IMG/VR virus record: IMGVR_UViG_3300038321_000073
Coordinates: 1 to 27,862 of that record
Reading direction: 5' to 3' (one strand)
From: a virus
Taxonomy: Duplodnaviria > Caudoviricetes
Length of the DNA stretch: 27,862 nt
How positions within the stretch are numbered: position 1 is the stretch's first letter; each line of letters starts with the position of its first letter. A model generated the notes under the pieces. It had not been told where the DNA came from. It did not search any database and was given only the letters and a program-made list of their open reading frames with translations. This document shows positions 1 through 7,952 of this stretch, one piece after another. The translations under genes were made by a program, and so were the position numbers.

Positions 1-1017
1 TAATCCTTCCTCTTTTTTTTATGGGAGGGGGTACTTGTTTTTAAATCGGGGGGTTCATTTTTTCAAGACGGGGAGGGGTGTATAAAAGTGGGAGAGGTCT
101 GTATAGGTGTAGGAGGAGAAATTGACTGGGAGAGGTTAGAAGTTCTAGGGAGAGCGAGTTGTATTAAATGAAATGAATTTAAAAAATAAATAAGAAGGTA
201 ATTAGATGTTTTAAGAAAAACTACAGCGAAATATTTTAACAGAACGAGGATATTAATACAAGAAAAAAAAGGTTTGATTTGAAATCGACTCTTTACTAAG
301 GACAGAAAGCTCGGATTTAAAATCCGTTAACTCTGAAACAATAGGTTCAATTTTAAATCCGTAAACCTCTTTGAATTGCTGATAGTGGGAGCTTCTTTTT
401 CCTTAATGAATTAATGTGCGATATATAATGTATGTATATGTATGCAGATATATAATGTATGTCATGTGGTACACGCTCGCCCGCAACCTGCTATTTTTTC
501 TCCTCTCACATCTCTATTCCAAAAAGGAGCTATTTTGCATTTTATTCCAATTGGAAATTACCAAGATTTTACAGAGAATAAGTGGGAATGGAATATTTTG
601 GAATTAACAGGTTTTTACATTGGAGGGATTTAACATTACATTTTTAACAGTAATTTTTTGGAACTTGACAGCTTTTGAATTTGAATACTGCATTTTTATG
701 ATTAATACAGTTTTTAAAATTTTATATATGAAACAGATCAAGCGGTTTGATCTGGAAAAATGAGGTAATCGGAGTTTCTTCATTATATAGGAAAAATAAA
801 TGACCTGCTGGTATCTGGCACAAGCTAAAAAGAGTGGGGCGGCGTGGCCTGCTGATACCTTCATACTAGCACATAAAAAAGCTATTTCAATATACATCAA
901 TAACGATTTTAGGAATATGGAATAAATGTAAATAATTAACATAAAGCCTTTAAGCATTGATATGACTTGACTTTAGCAGATATCTGAAAAAATTTTAAAA
1001 AAACTTGAAAAAAGGTA

Positions 1018-1046
1018 TTGACCGATTAGCAGAATTCTGCTAATAT
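1018..1046 (+). promoter_or_regulatory. sigmaA-type promoter with extended -10 for the ardA early operon
   Basis: TTGACC (1018-1023), 17-bp spacer, TG-C-TAATAT (1038-1046), A-tracts upstream (987-1013) resembling an UP element. Confidence 0.85.
1025..1044. promoter_or_regulatory. Perfect 20-bp palindromic operator
   Basis: ATTAGCAGAA|TTCTGCTAAT covers the promoter spacer and part of the -10; a degenerate copy lies at 972-991 (14/20 match). Confidence 0.8.
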
Positions 1047-1229
1047 GTAAATGTACTCAAGTGAGAGACAAACAAAATCTAAAATGACAGTGCATAGGAA
1101 ACATGACGTAAACAGTTAATCAGGCTATTCAGGCCACAACTGTACAAACATTAAATATATAGGAGGTACTAAAAAATAGAAAATAGGGGAATAGTGGAAT
1201 TTGATATTAAAAAAGGAGGAAATAAAAAC

Positions 1230-1742
1230 ATGTTAAATATAGCATTAACAAATTTAGGAAAATACAATGAAGGTGAATTGGTATTTGAGTGGCTGGAACT
1301 TCCTGCAAGTGATGAAGAAATACAAGAAACTTTTAAAAAAATTGGAGTTGCAGAGGGATCAAGGTATGAAGAATATTTTATATCAGATTTTGAAACTGAT
1401 ATAGACGGTTTAGACGTGGGGGAATATGAGAATTTGGAGGAACTGAACGAACTAGCAGAGCGGATCGACAACTTGGACACTGAAGAACTTGAAATTTTTC
1501 AGGCTCTAATGGAAAGTGTGTCATCTAATATAGGTAACGCACTAGACAACGTGGACAACTATTATTTAATGAATGATATAAAAGACGATTATGACCTTGG
1601 AAAATATTGGATTGAAGAAAGTGGATGTTATGAAGTACCAGACAACCTAAAATATTATATTGATTATGAAAAATTTGGGCGTGATATTGCAATGGAATCG
1701 GACGGATATATGACTTCATACGGTTGGTTACAATCTGCATAA
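1230..1742 (+). CDS. ardA: Antirestriction protein ArdA (type I R-M inhibitor, DNA mimic)
   Basis: ArdA motifs TNLGKYNEGELV..WLELP, EEYFISDFE, GEYENLEELNELA, YIDYEKFGRD; very acidic; AGGAGG at 1215-1220 favours ATG 1230 over GTG 1194. Confidence 0.93.
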   Translation: MLNIALTNLGKYNEGELVFEWLELPASDEEIQETFKKIGVAEGSRYEEYFISDFETDIDGLDVGEYENLEELNELAERIDNLDTEELEIFQALMESVSSNIGNALDNVDNYYLMNDIKDDYDLGKYWIEESGCYEVPDNLKYYIDYEKFGRDIAMESDGYMTSYGWLQSA

Positions 1743-1764
1743 ATAAAGAGGGGGAACGGTAAAA

Positions 1765-2064
1765 ATGTTAAAAAATATAAGAATAAATCAAATTATAAAA
1801 AAGAATAGTGTGGGTATAATTATTGACAACAATTCTGAATTTATAGACTTTTTAGGGACAAACTACTTTTTATTAGCTGAAAAAATAGCTCCAATAAATT
1901 ATATAAAACGGGTAAAAGACTTAAACACTCTCTATCAACGTGACACTATGGAAAAGTTAGGAATTGAGTTCAGATTTCATGATGATGAACTAGGGCCGAT
2001 CGGCATGTTTAAAGGTGATATGTTTGTAGGAATTGTTTTTCCTCTCAAAGTAAAGGAGGTTTAA
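1765..2064 (+). CDS. Hypothetical early protein (99 aa)
   Basis: RBS GAGGGGG, tightly packed behind ardA. Confidence 0.8.
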   Translation: MLKNIRINQIIKKNSVGIIIDNNSEFIDFLGTNYFLLAEKIAPINYIKRVKDLNTLYQRDTMEKLGIEFRFHDDELGPIGMFKGDMFVGIVFPLKVKEV

Positions 2065-2067
2065 AAA

Positions 2068-2556
2068 ATGGCTAATACAAAGAAGGTGATCGTCGGTATT
2101 AAGACCGCCGACGATCTCAATAATATAAGGATAAAGAACTTTGATATATTTAACAGTGTAAAAGATGTGGACATGACTTATCAGTGGTATTACATGTTAT
2201 CTAAAGTCAGGATCGATTATATAAAGATAATACCGTCATATTATGCAAGGTTTAAAATATTTATGGAAGAATTGAAGCAGGCTTTAAAAGACGGAGAACT
2301 TGAAGGAACTAACAAGCATATTACACGGCACTATCAAGACATTCACATAATTGCAAGCTGTGGAATATGTAATACAGCTAGTTTAAATATTTATGGCATG
2401 ATTGAATTTGATATAGACGATTATGTAATTGCAGGTATAAACAATTTTAAACCGCATAAATACAAGCTATATAATACTATAAAGGGCGTTTATTTTAACT
2501 ACGGTGGTAGTAGGTACTATTTAAATGAATTTATGAGAATAAGGAGGGCTGTATAA
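2068..2556 (+). CDS. Hypothetical early protein (162 aa)
   Basis: RBS AAGGAGG overlapping the end of the upstream gene; aromatic-rich C-terminus (YFNYGGSRYYLNEFMR). Confidence 0.82.
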   Translation: MANTKKVIVGIKTADDLNNIRIKNFDIFNSVKDVDMTYQWYYMLSKVRIDYIKIIPSYYARFKIFMEELKQALKDGELEGTNKHITRHYQDIHIIASCGICNTASLNIYGMIEFDIDDYVIAGINNFKPHKYKLYNTIKGVYFNYGGSRYYLNEFMRIRRAV

Positions 2557-2847
2557 ATGTTAAAATTGCAGAGGGACGATATAAGGGCTTTACTTCCTGC
2601 ATATGTGCATATGATAGTACAAGATGTTAAACGGTTCAAAGGTGATATTTACAGTTTAAATTATGTGGATGAAATGAAATTAGCTTTTTACGTATGTAAT
2701 GATGATATGAAAAATTATGTACGCGAATCACTTGAAAAATATTTTCCAGATCGTGTATTTGTATCTGAATATGACCGACATAATATTGTGATGATTGTTG
2801 ACGGTGAAATTATGAAATTTGATAGTCAGATGGTAATATTTAAATGA
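2557..2847 (+). CDS. Hypothetical early protein (96 aa)
   Basis: RBS AAGGAGG; start directly abuts the upstream stop. Confidence 0.8.
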   Translation: MLKLQRDDIRALLPAYVHMIVQDVKRFKGDIYSLNYVDEMKLAFYVCNDDMKNYVRESLEKYFPDRVFVSEYDRHNIVMIVDGEIMKFDSQMVIFK

Positions 2848-2916
2848 ATATAAACAATAGATATAGACAGTAATTTTATTAGTCTAAAACATGTGATATA
2901 ATGTAAGGAGGTATAT

Positions 2917-3168
2917 ATGATATCAGCCACAGTTGAAAAAATGATTACAGAACGTGAAGTAATATCAGCCTTAAAGTATAGTTTTAGGAACGGTAAAATT
3001 AATCATAAAAAGCTAGAAGAATATCAAAAATATTATGCAGAGGACGGCCGCTATCGCTTTTATATATGGGGAATATGCAAGCGGTTAAACATGATATTAA
3101 TTCAGTATAAAGGTGAAAAATATATATGTCACAAACAGGATAAATGTATTATTGAAAGGGTGGATTGA
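2917..3168 (+). CDS. Hypothetical basic protein (83 aa)
   Basis: RBS AAGGAGG at 2905-2911; TG-A-TATAAT at 2894-2902 upstream. Confidence 0.75.
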   Translation: MISATVEKMITEREVISALKYSFRNGKINHKKLEEYQKYYAEDGRYRFYIWGICKRLNMILIQYKGEKYICHKQDKCIIERVD

Positions 3169-3334
3169 TAAAGATGTGGAACTTTTAAAAGAGCTATTAC
3201 AGCCGATAAATGACCAATTAGATAAACACTCAATAATTCTTGAAGAATTAAAAAAGAATATGAATACAGTGATAGAAGGACAGCAGGCACAAGCAGAACA
3301 AACCGACAGACATTTATTAAAAGAGTCAATATAA
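3113..3334 (+). CDS. Short coiled-coil hypothetical protein, true start probably near 3164-3176, possibly 3'-truncated
   Basis: Heptad pattern (VELLKELLQPINDQLDKHSIILEELKK); purine-rich GAAAGGG at ~3154; stop falls inside the terminator hairpin. Confidence 0.5.
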   Translation: MKNIYVTNRINVLLKGWIDKDVELLKELLQPINDQLDKHSIILEELKKNMNTVIEGQQAQAEQTDRHLLKESI

Positions 3335-3348
3335 AGGCTCTTTTTTTA
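3319..3348 (+). terminator. Rho-independent terminator ending the early cluster
   Basis: AGAGTC/GGCTCT stem followed by a T-run. Confidence 0.6.
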
Positions 3349-3443
3349 TGTGCTTAAATAGGCTATATAACCGCCGTACAGCTTGTAAATAATATGACCT
3401 TCATGTTACATTGAAGGAATATTTAAAAGGAGGGTATATTTTT

Positions 3444-3884
3444 ATGTATGAAGAACTGAAGCCACAGCGAGATCGAAAACTGGCAAAACTAGCCACTAAA
3501 TACAGGAAGCAACAACTGACCGAAACTCAGAAAAAGGTTGCGGAGGAAATAGTTTACAAGGGATTAACTGGTAAAAAAGAGGACGATATTGCCAAGGAAT
3601 ATAATACCAACAGAACCACAATCTGGCGTTGGAAGGCCTTGCCAGCTTTTAATGAGTATATGAATAAAATAGCTCACGAGTTCCAAAGATCACACTTACC
3701 AGACGTAAACAAAATATTAAGGGACATCATGAAGAATGGTACTGATAGATCAAAACTTAAAGCTATTGAGTTATTCTACAGGAATCAAGGTATGTTTAAA
3801 GACATTCAGGAAGTCAAACACACTGAAGAAACCAGAGTCAACGTTGATGATGTACTGAAGGAACTTGATGACCTTGACGAATAA
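3444..3884 (+). CDS. phBC6A51-family HTH protein, putative terminase small subunit
   Basis: HTH (EDDIAKEYNTNRTTIWRWK), PAFNEY and KAIELFY motifs, acidic tail; RBS GGAGGG favours ATG 3444; lies upstream of terL. Confidence 0.75.
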   Translation: MYEELKPQRDRKLAKLATKYRKQQLTETQKKVAEEIVYKGLTGKKEDDIAKEYNTNRTTIWRWKALPAFNEYMNKIAHEFQRSHLPDVNKILRDIMKNGTDRSKLKAIELFYRNQGMFKDIQEVKHTEETRVNVDDVLKELDDLDE

Positions 3885-3889
3885 TAAAC

Positions 3890-3931
3890 GCTGTAGCCGT
3901 TGTAAATAGGCGGCTACAGCTTTTTCTTTTT
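3890..3931 (+). terminator. Rho-independent terminator
   Basis: Perfect 10-bp stem GCTGTAGCCG/CGGCTACAGC plus T-tract. Confidence 0.9.
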
Positions 3932-4710
3932 ATTAAGATCGCTAAATTTATGTTTAGCGAAGTTGGGGGAATAAGGCTATACTTTTTTAATCCTCTGGTA
4001 TATTACTGAATCCACCGTACAGCCTTTTTAAACCACCTATATATTATAAAAGGTACTGAGTATCACCCAGCACATACCCTGCTATATATGGCCTATATGA
4101 ACAGTATTAAATAAGGGTAATAAATATAGTAATCTTAATACGAATAATAGGAGGTAGGGCGGTGATAGCTGTATGTTATGATATGAACTGAACTGTACTA
4201 TATCTGTACTACTCACTATATTGGTACAGCTTTATATTATGTTATGAATTCATTACACAATTGCAAGACAATCATAAACAACTTGCATATTAAGTATGTA
4301 TAATCGTATATCAATATCTACCAAACTATATAATTATTTCTATTTTATTTTTAATTTCAAAATTTAAGAAAAAATTCCTAAAAATTCCAATAATATAAAT
4401 CAATGTTAAAACTGGTATACCCTGCCAACGGTGGAAGCCCATGGAAAATACCGCCCATCCGACGTTCTGACCTATTGCACAACGATTTTTAACTTCGAGG
4501 TAAAGTTAGCTTCACATAACACTTTTTACTCTATCTCTAAATATACACCTTAACCTATAACATTACAATACCTCTAAATCGAACGAGAAGGGGGTTATAT
4601 GCAATTTTAATATGTTTCTGGTATGATTGGTCTACTTGATGTCTAAAAGTGTCTTAAAGGTGTTATATGGAAGAATTTAAAATTTTATTAGAAAGGAAGC
4701 GACAAATTAT

Positions 4711-5253
4711 ATGATAAAACTTGCCCATTTACCTTATATTGATGATCCTTCACAGTTTCTAATTGCTATGACACCTGAACATCATTCCCGACATCTAGGA
4801 CAGGCCTACAGCTTCTCTACGGTATTTACATCTTTAGCAACTACCACAAGTGTCTACATTGAAATCAAGACACCCAGTGTAGCTCATGACATTGCTATGA
4901 AGATGATTGACATTACAGCCGACAAAATTATCCGCACAGACTTTTATGAATCTCCTACAATAGCCACAGAAGGAACTACGCTAGTACCTTTGATTCAGAG
5001 GAACAGAAGGAAAACGGACACTTCACATATCACCATCTACTCGAATCCTTCTGGTATTACTGGCGGAATACTTCTTAGGACTTTATTATATGGCTCAGGC
5101 TCAAGCTTTACACCTCTCCACAATGTTAATAATGACGATAATGGCTGGCAATTAAATCCTGACACAACCTATGTAATAAAGTTCACAAATGTAGGTGATA
5201 GTACCTCAAACTTGATTGGAATACATGGATTGTTTTTTGAAGTAGATAGATAA
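4711..5253 (+). CDS. Hypothetical protein (180 aa, Thr/Ser-rich, probably beta-rich)
   Basis: Long ORF with GAAAGGAAG RBS; no recognised family. Confidence 0.75.
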   Translation: MIKLAHLPYIDDPSQFLIAMTPEHHSRHLGQAYSFSTVFTSLATTTSVYIEIKTPSVAHDIAMKMIDITADKIIRTDFYESPTIATEGTTLVPLIQRNRRKTDTSHITIYSNPSGITGGILLRTLLYGSGSSFTPLHNVNNDDNGWQLNPDTTYVIKFTNVGDSTSNLIGIHGLFFEVDR

Positions 5254-5271
5254 TACAGTTTTACGGATCTA

Positions 5272-5329
5272 ACAGTTATAACTATTATATACTGTTATAA
5301 AAGGTTATAACTGTTATATACTATTATAT
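5272..5329 (+). repeat. Tandem array of six 9-10 bp units, consensus ACT(G/A)TTATA(T)
   Basis: acagttata/actattatat/actgttataa/aaggttata/actgttatat/actattatat. Confidence 0.8.
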
Positions 5330-5377
5330 AGATACATGCTGGATTTCAAAAGTATACTCTTTCTATGTTGTTGATAT
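5325..5377 (+). repeat. Conserved non-coding element, copy 1 (inverted partner at 26113-26165)
   Basis: TATATAGaTACATGCTGGATT-N24-GTTGATAT. Confidence 0.8.
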
Positions 5378-5423
5378 ATCTATGTTTCTGCTATGTTAGG
5401 ATTTTCATATGTAAATAAAAAAT

Positions 5424-5464
5424 AAGGGGAGCTTGTCACTCTCCTTGTCTTTTTTTGTTTTTTT
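5424..5464. terminator. Probable bidirectional terminator between convergent genes
   Basis: AAGGGGAG/CTCTCCTT stem, T-tract downstream, A-tract upstream. Confidence 0.55.
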
Positions 5465-5508
5465 GCAAGATAAAACTATTATAACTTGCAATTTGAAATT
5501 GGTACAGC

Positions 5509-5761
5509 TTAATATTCTTCTGGTAATAATACTGTTGTAGAACTTCTGTCCGCTTCTGTTATAATCCAAAACTTTATACCTTCAGAACTTTTATAACTGC
5601 TTATAATTCTTTCTCCTGTTTGTAGGGCTAAATCATTACATTGTTTATCCTCCTCTGACAAGTCTCCCCAGTTTCCTTGTACGTGTCTTAATAAACAAAA
5701 TGCTATTTCTATATGTGTTACTTTCTCCTGACAGTTTGGCTAGTTCACATCTTCCTTTCAT
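5509..5761 (-). pseudogene. Frameshifted member of a widespread small mobile-element protein family (RH..G.WGDL..ED ... FWIITEADRS.TT.LLP.EY)
   Basis: Manual translation: ATG 5761 gives MKGRCELAKL; a second frame (5730-5509) gives QEKVTHIEIAFCLLRHVQGNWGDLSEEDKQCNDLALQTGERIISSYKSSEGIKFWIITEADRSSTTVLLPEEY*; has its own RBS and promoter; absent from the ORF track. Confidence 0.75.
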
Positions 5762-5803
5762 ATTTACATCCTTCTTCCTTTACTTTTGTAATTCTGTAAT
5801 TAC

Positions 5804-5832
5804 ATATTATCATATTTTCAGTAATTTGTAAA
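5804..5832 (-). promoter_or_regulatory. Leftward sigmaA promoter
   Basis: Minus strand TTTACA-N17-TAATAT with TG extension, upstream of the 5761 start. Confidence 0.7.
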
Positions 5833-5902
5833 GAGCATGGCTATATCTTTTTTACCTAGCTTGGCTATTTCTCTAGTCTAAAAGGGAAAGGAGAAGGTAT
5901 CA

Positions 5903-7588
5903 GTGCCAGAGGAAGTAGAAATACAGCTTTACAAGTTGAAGCGAGCAATTAAGGATCTTGTAGAGCAGGCAAAAGATGATGAAGGAGAACTTGATGATAT
6001 TCTGGACATTATTAAAGATTTAAAACAGCAATACAGGGTACTTCGGGGAGAGTATGATTTGCTGTACTTTGCATATCAATATTTTTCTGACAGCTACAAT
6101 CCAGATAATGATAACAACTTAATACCAGATAACTATAGATTGAAAAATGCTCCGGACTTTCATAAAGAGCTTTGTGGAATACTTGACAGCTTAAATGAAG
6201 ATCCTGCACAGAAGATATGTTGGTCTGTACCTCGTGGCCATGCAAAGTCAGCTTACTTATCAAACATATTTCCTATTCACCAGATTGTTTATGAAAAACG
6301 TCATTATATCTTAATCATTTCAGAAACAGAAAGTGCTTCTAAAAAGTTTGTGGAATGGGTAAATGGACAACTCAAGTTCAACAAAAAGCTTATTAAAGAT
6401 TTTGGAGTTATTTTACATGAAAATAAATTGGCAAATACTGTAGATAATGAGGAAGGATTTGTCACTATTACAGATATTCGGGTACAGTCAGCTTCTATCG
6501 GAAAACAATTGAGGGGAGCTAGACATGGAGCTTACAGGCCGGACTTAGTGGTACTTGATGATTTAGAGAGTGCTAAAAACACGAATACAAAGGAATTGAG
6601 GGAGAAAAACCTTCACTGGTTCAATTCTGTTATCGTGCCAATCGGTGATATAACTTCTACAGCCTACATCTACATGGGAACGCTAGTACATGGGCAAGGA
6701 CTTTTACCTAACATTCTTCATAGGTCAGATTTCAAATCCAAAATATATTCGGCTATTGTATCAGAACCAGAGAATCAAGAACTTTGGGAAAAAGTTGAGA
6801 AGATATTGAGAAATGTTGAAGATCCTGACAGAGAGGACAAGGCCGAGGAGTTCTATTACGAGCATAAGGAAGAAATGGACAAGGGAGCTAAGACATTATG
6901 GAACGATAGGTTTCCTTACTTTGAACTTATGAAAATTAAAATAAATATAGGCTCAAGGGCTTTCGGTTCTGAGTATTTGAATCGTCCTACAGATGATGAA
7001 ACAGCAATATTCAAGCCATCCCAGTTTACCTATTTTGAGGATAAAGACTTATTTTATCCAGATGGCCGTTCTATGAATTTAGAAGTATTTGGTTTTTTTG
7101 ATATGGCTATAGGTAAAAACCAAAGTTCTGATTATAATGCTGTTATTATATTAGGCAGAGATAGAAAAACAGGAATATTGTATGTTTTAGACGCTTGGGC
7201 AATGAAAGTACCTATTCATAGAGCAGTTGATGTTGCCTTTATGAAAATTAAAGAATTTAGACCTAAAACATTTGGAGTAGAAACAATTCAAATGCAGTAT
7301 GAAATATATAGACAGCTTCAAGAACGAGTAACTAAAGAAGGAGTTTATTCTACTAGAATATTGCCAGTAAATCCTCGCACAAAAAAGGAAGATAGAATTG
7401 AGGTTTTAGAACCTTTAGTAGAACAAGGTATTATAAGGTTTCGTAGGGAGCAAAGGTTATTGATTGAACAACTAACTCAGTTTCCTAATGGGGATTATGA
7501 TGATCTACCTGACGCTTTAGCAAGTGCTGTAGATATAGCAGGTAAGCAAAGAAAGAAAACTTACTATCGAAAACCTAAAGGATTTTAG
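5903..7588 (+). CDS. terL: Terminase large subunit (Terminase_6/6C-like)
   Basis: PRGHAKS Walker A, RPDLVVLDDLE Walker B, YMGT coupling motif, nuclease acidic motifs FFDMA and YDDLPDA. Confidence 0.95.
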   Translation: MPEEVEIQLYKLKRAIKDLVEQAKDDEGELDDILDIIKDLKQQYRVLRGEYDLLYFAYQYFSDSYNPDNDNNLIPDNYRLKNAPDFHKELCGILDSLNEDPAQKICWSVPRGHAKSAYLSNIFPIHQIVYEKRHYILIISETESASKKFVEWVNGQLKFNKKLIKDFGVILHENKLANTVDNEEGFVTITDIRVQSASIGKQLRGARHGAYRPDLVVLDDLESAKNTNTKELREKNLHWFNSVIVPIGDITSTAYIYMGTLVHGQGLLPNILHRSDFKSKIYSAIVSEPENQELWEKVEKILRNVEDPDREDKAEEFYYEHKEEMDKGAKTLWNDRFPYFELMKIKINIGSRAFGSEYLNRPTDDETAIFKPSQFTYFEDKDLFYPDGRSMNLEVFGFFDMAIGKNQSSDYNAVIILGRDRKTGILYVLDAWAMKVPIHRAVDVAFMKIKEFRPKTFGVETIQMQYEIYRQLQERVTKEGVYSTRILPVNPRTKKEDRIEVLEPLVEQGIIRFRREQRLLIEQLTQFPNGDYDDLPDALASAVDIAGKQRKKTYYRKPKGF

Positions 7589-7633
7589 TCGCATTATATT
7601 CCTTTTATCAACATATTTCTTGAGGTGATTCTT

Positions 7634-7890
7634 ATGGAAAAATGGATAAAAGGATATGAGGGATTGTATTCTGTAACAAATGATGGTACTGTTTTCAGTC
7701 ATAAAAGAAAAGGTAAAAAAATATTAATTCTAGAAATGACAAAAGTAGGATATTACAGAGTTGGTTCACCAGCATAAAAGAAGCTTGTAAGTTTGGTAAA
7801 TTTAGAAGTAATCATATTAGTGAAGTTTGTAGCGGAAAAAGGAAAACACATGGTAGCTATAGGTGGAGATATAAAGAAGCTCATAAATAG
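7634..7890 (+). pseudogene. HNH homing endonuclease remnant: NUMOD4 N-terminus joined out of frame to NUMOD1/IENR1 C-terminus, HNH core missing
   Basis: 7634-7777 MEKWIKGYEGLYSVTNDGTVFS...GYYRV; 7765-7890 FTSIKEACK...ISEVCSGKRKTHGSYRWRY*; RBS GAGGTG. Confidence 0.85.
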
Positions 7891-7952
7891 GGCTTCTTTT
7901 TGTTTGAGGTAAAATGTCATGTTTATGAAATAAAAAGAGAGGAGGAATATAA

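Noticed and set aside
416-957. ORFs 416-607, 442-633 and 604-957
   Set aside because: No RBS, low-complexity translations arising from repeats; region better explained as non-coding
1765-2064. Sliding-clamp-like fold suggested by C-terminal GIVFPLK
   Set aside because: Motif too short to support without structure prediction
5370-5377. IHF site for the GTTGATAT block
   Set aside because: Lacks the TTR of WATCAANNNNTTR in either copy, and the likely host group lacks canonical IHF
7589-7952. Group I intron around the HNH remnant
   Set aside because: terL ends with its nuclease motifs complete, portal has its own start, and no intron core is recognisable
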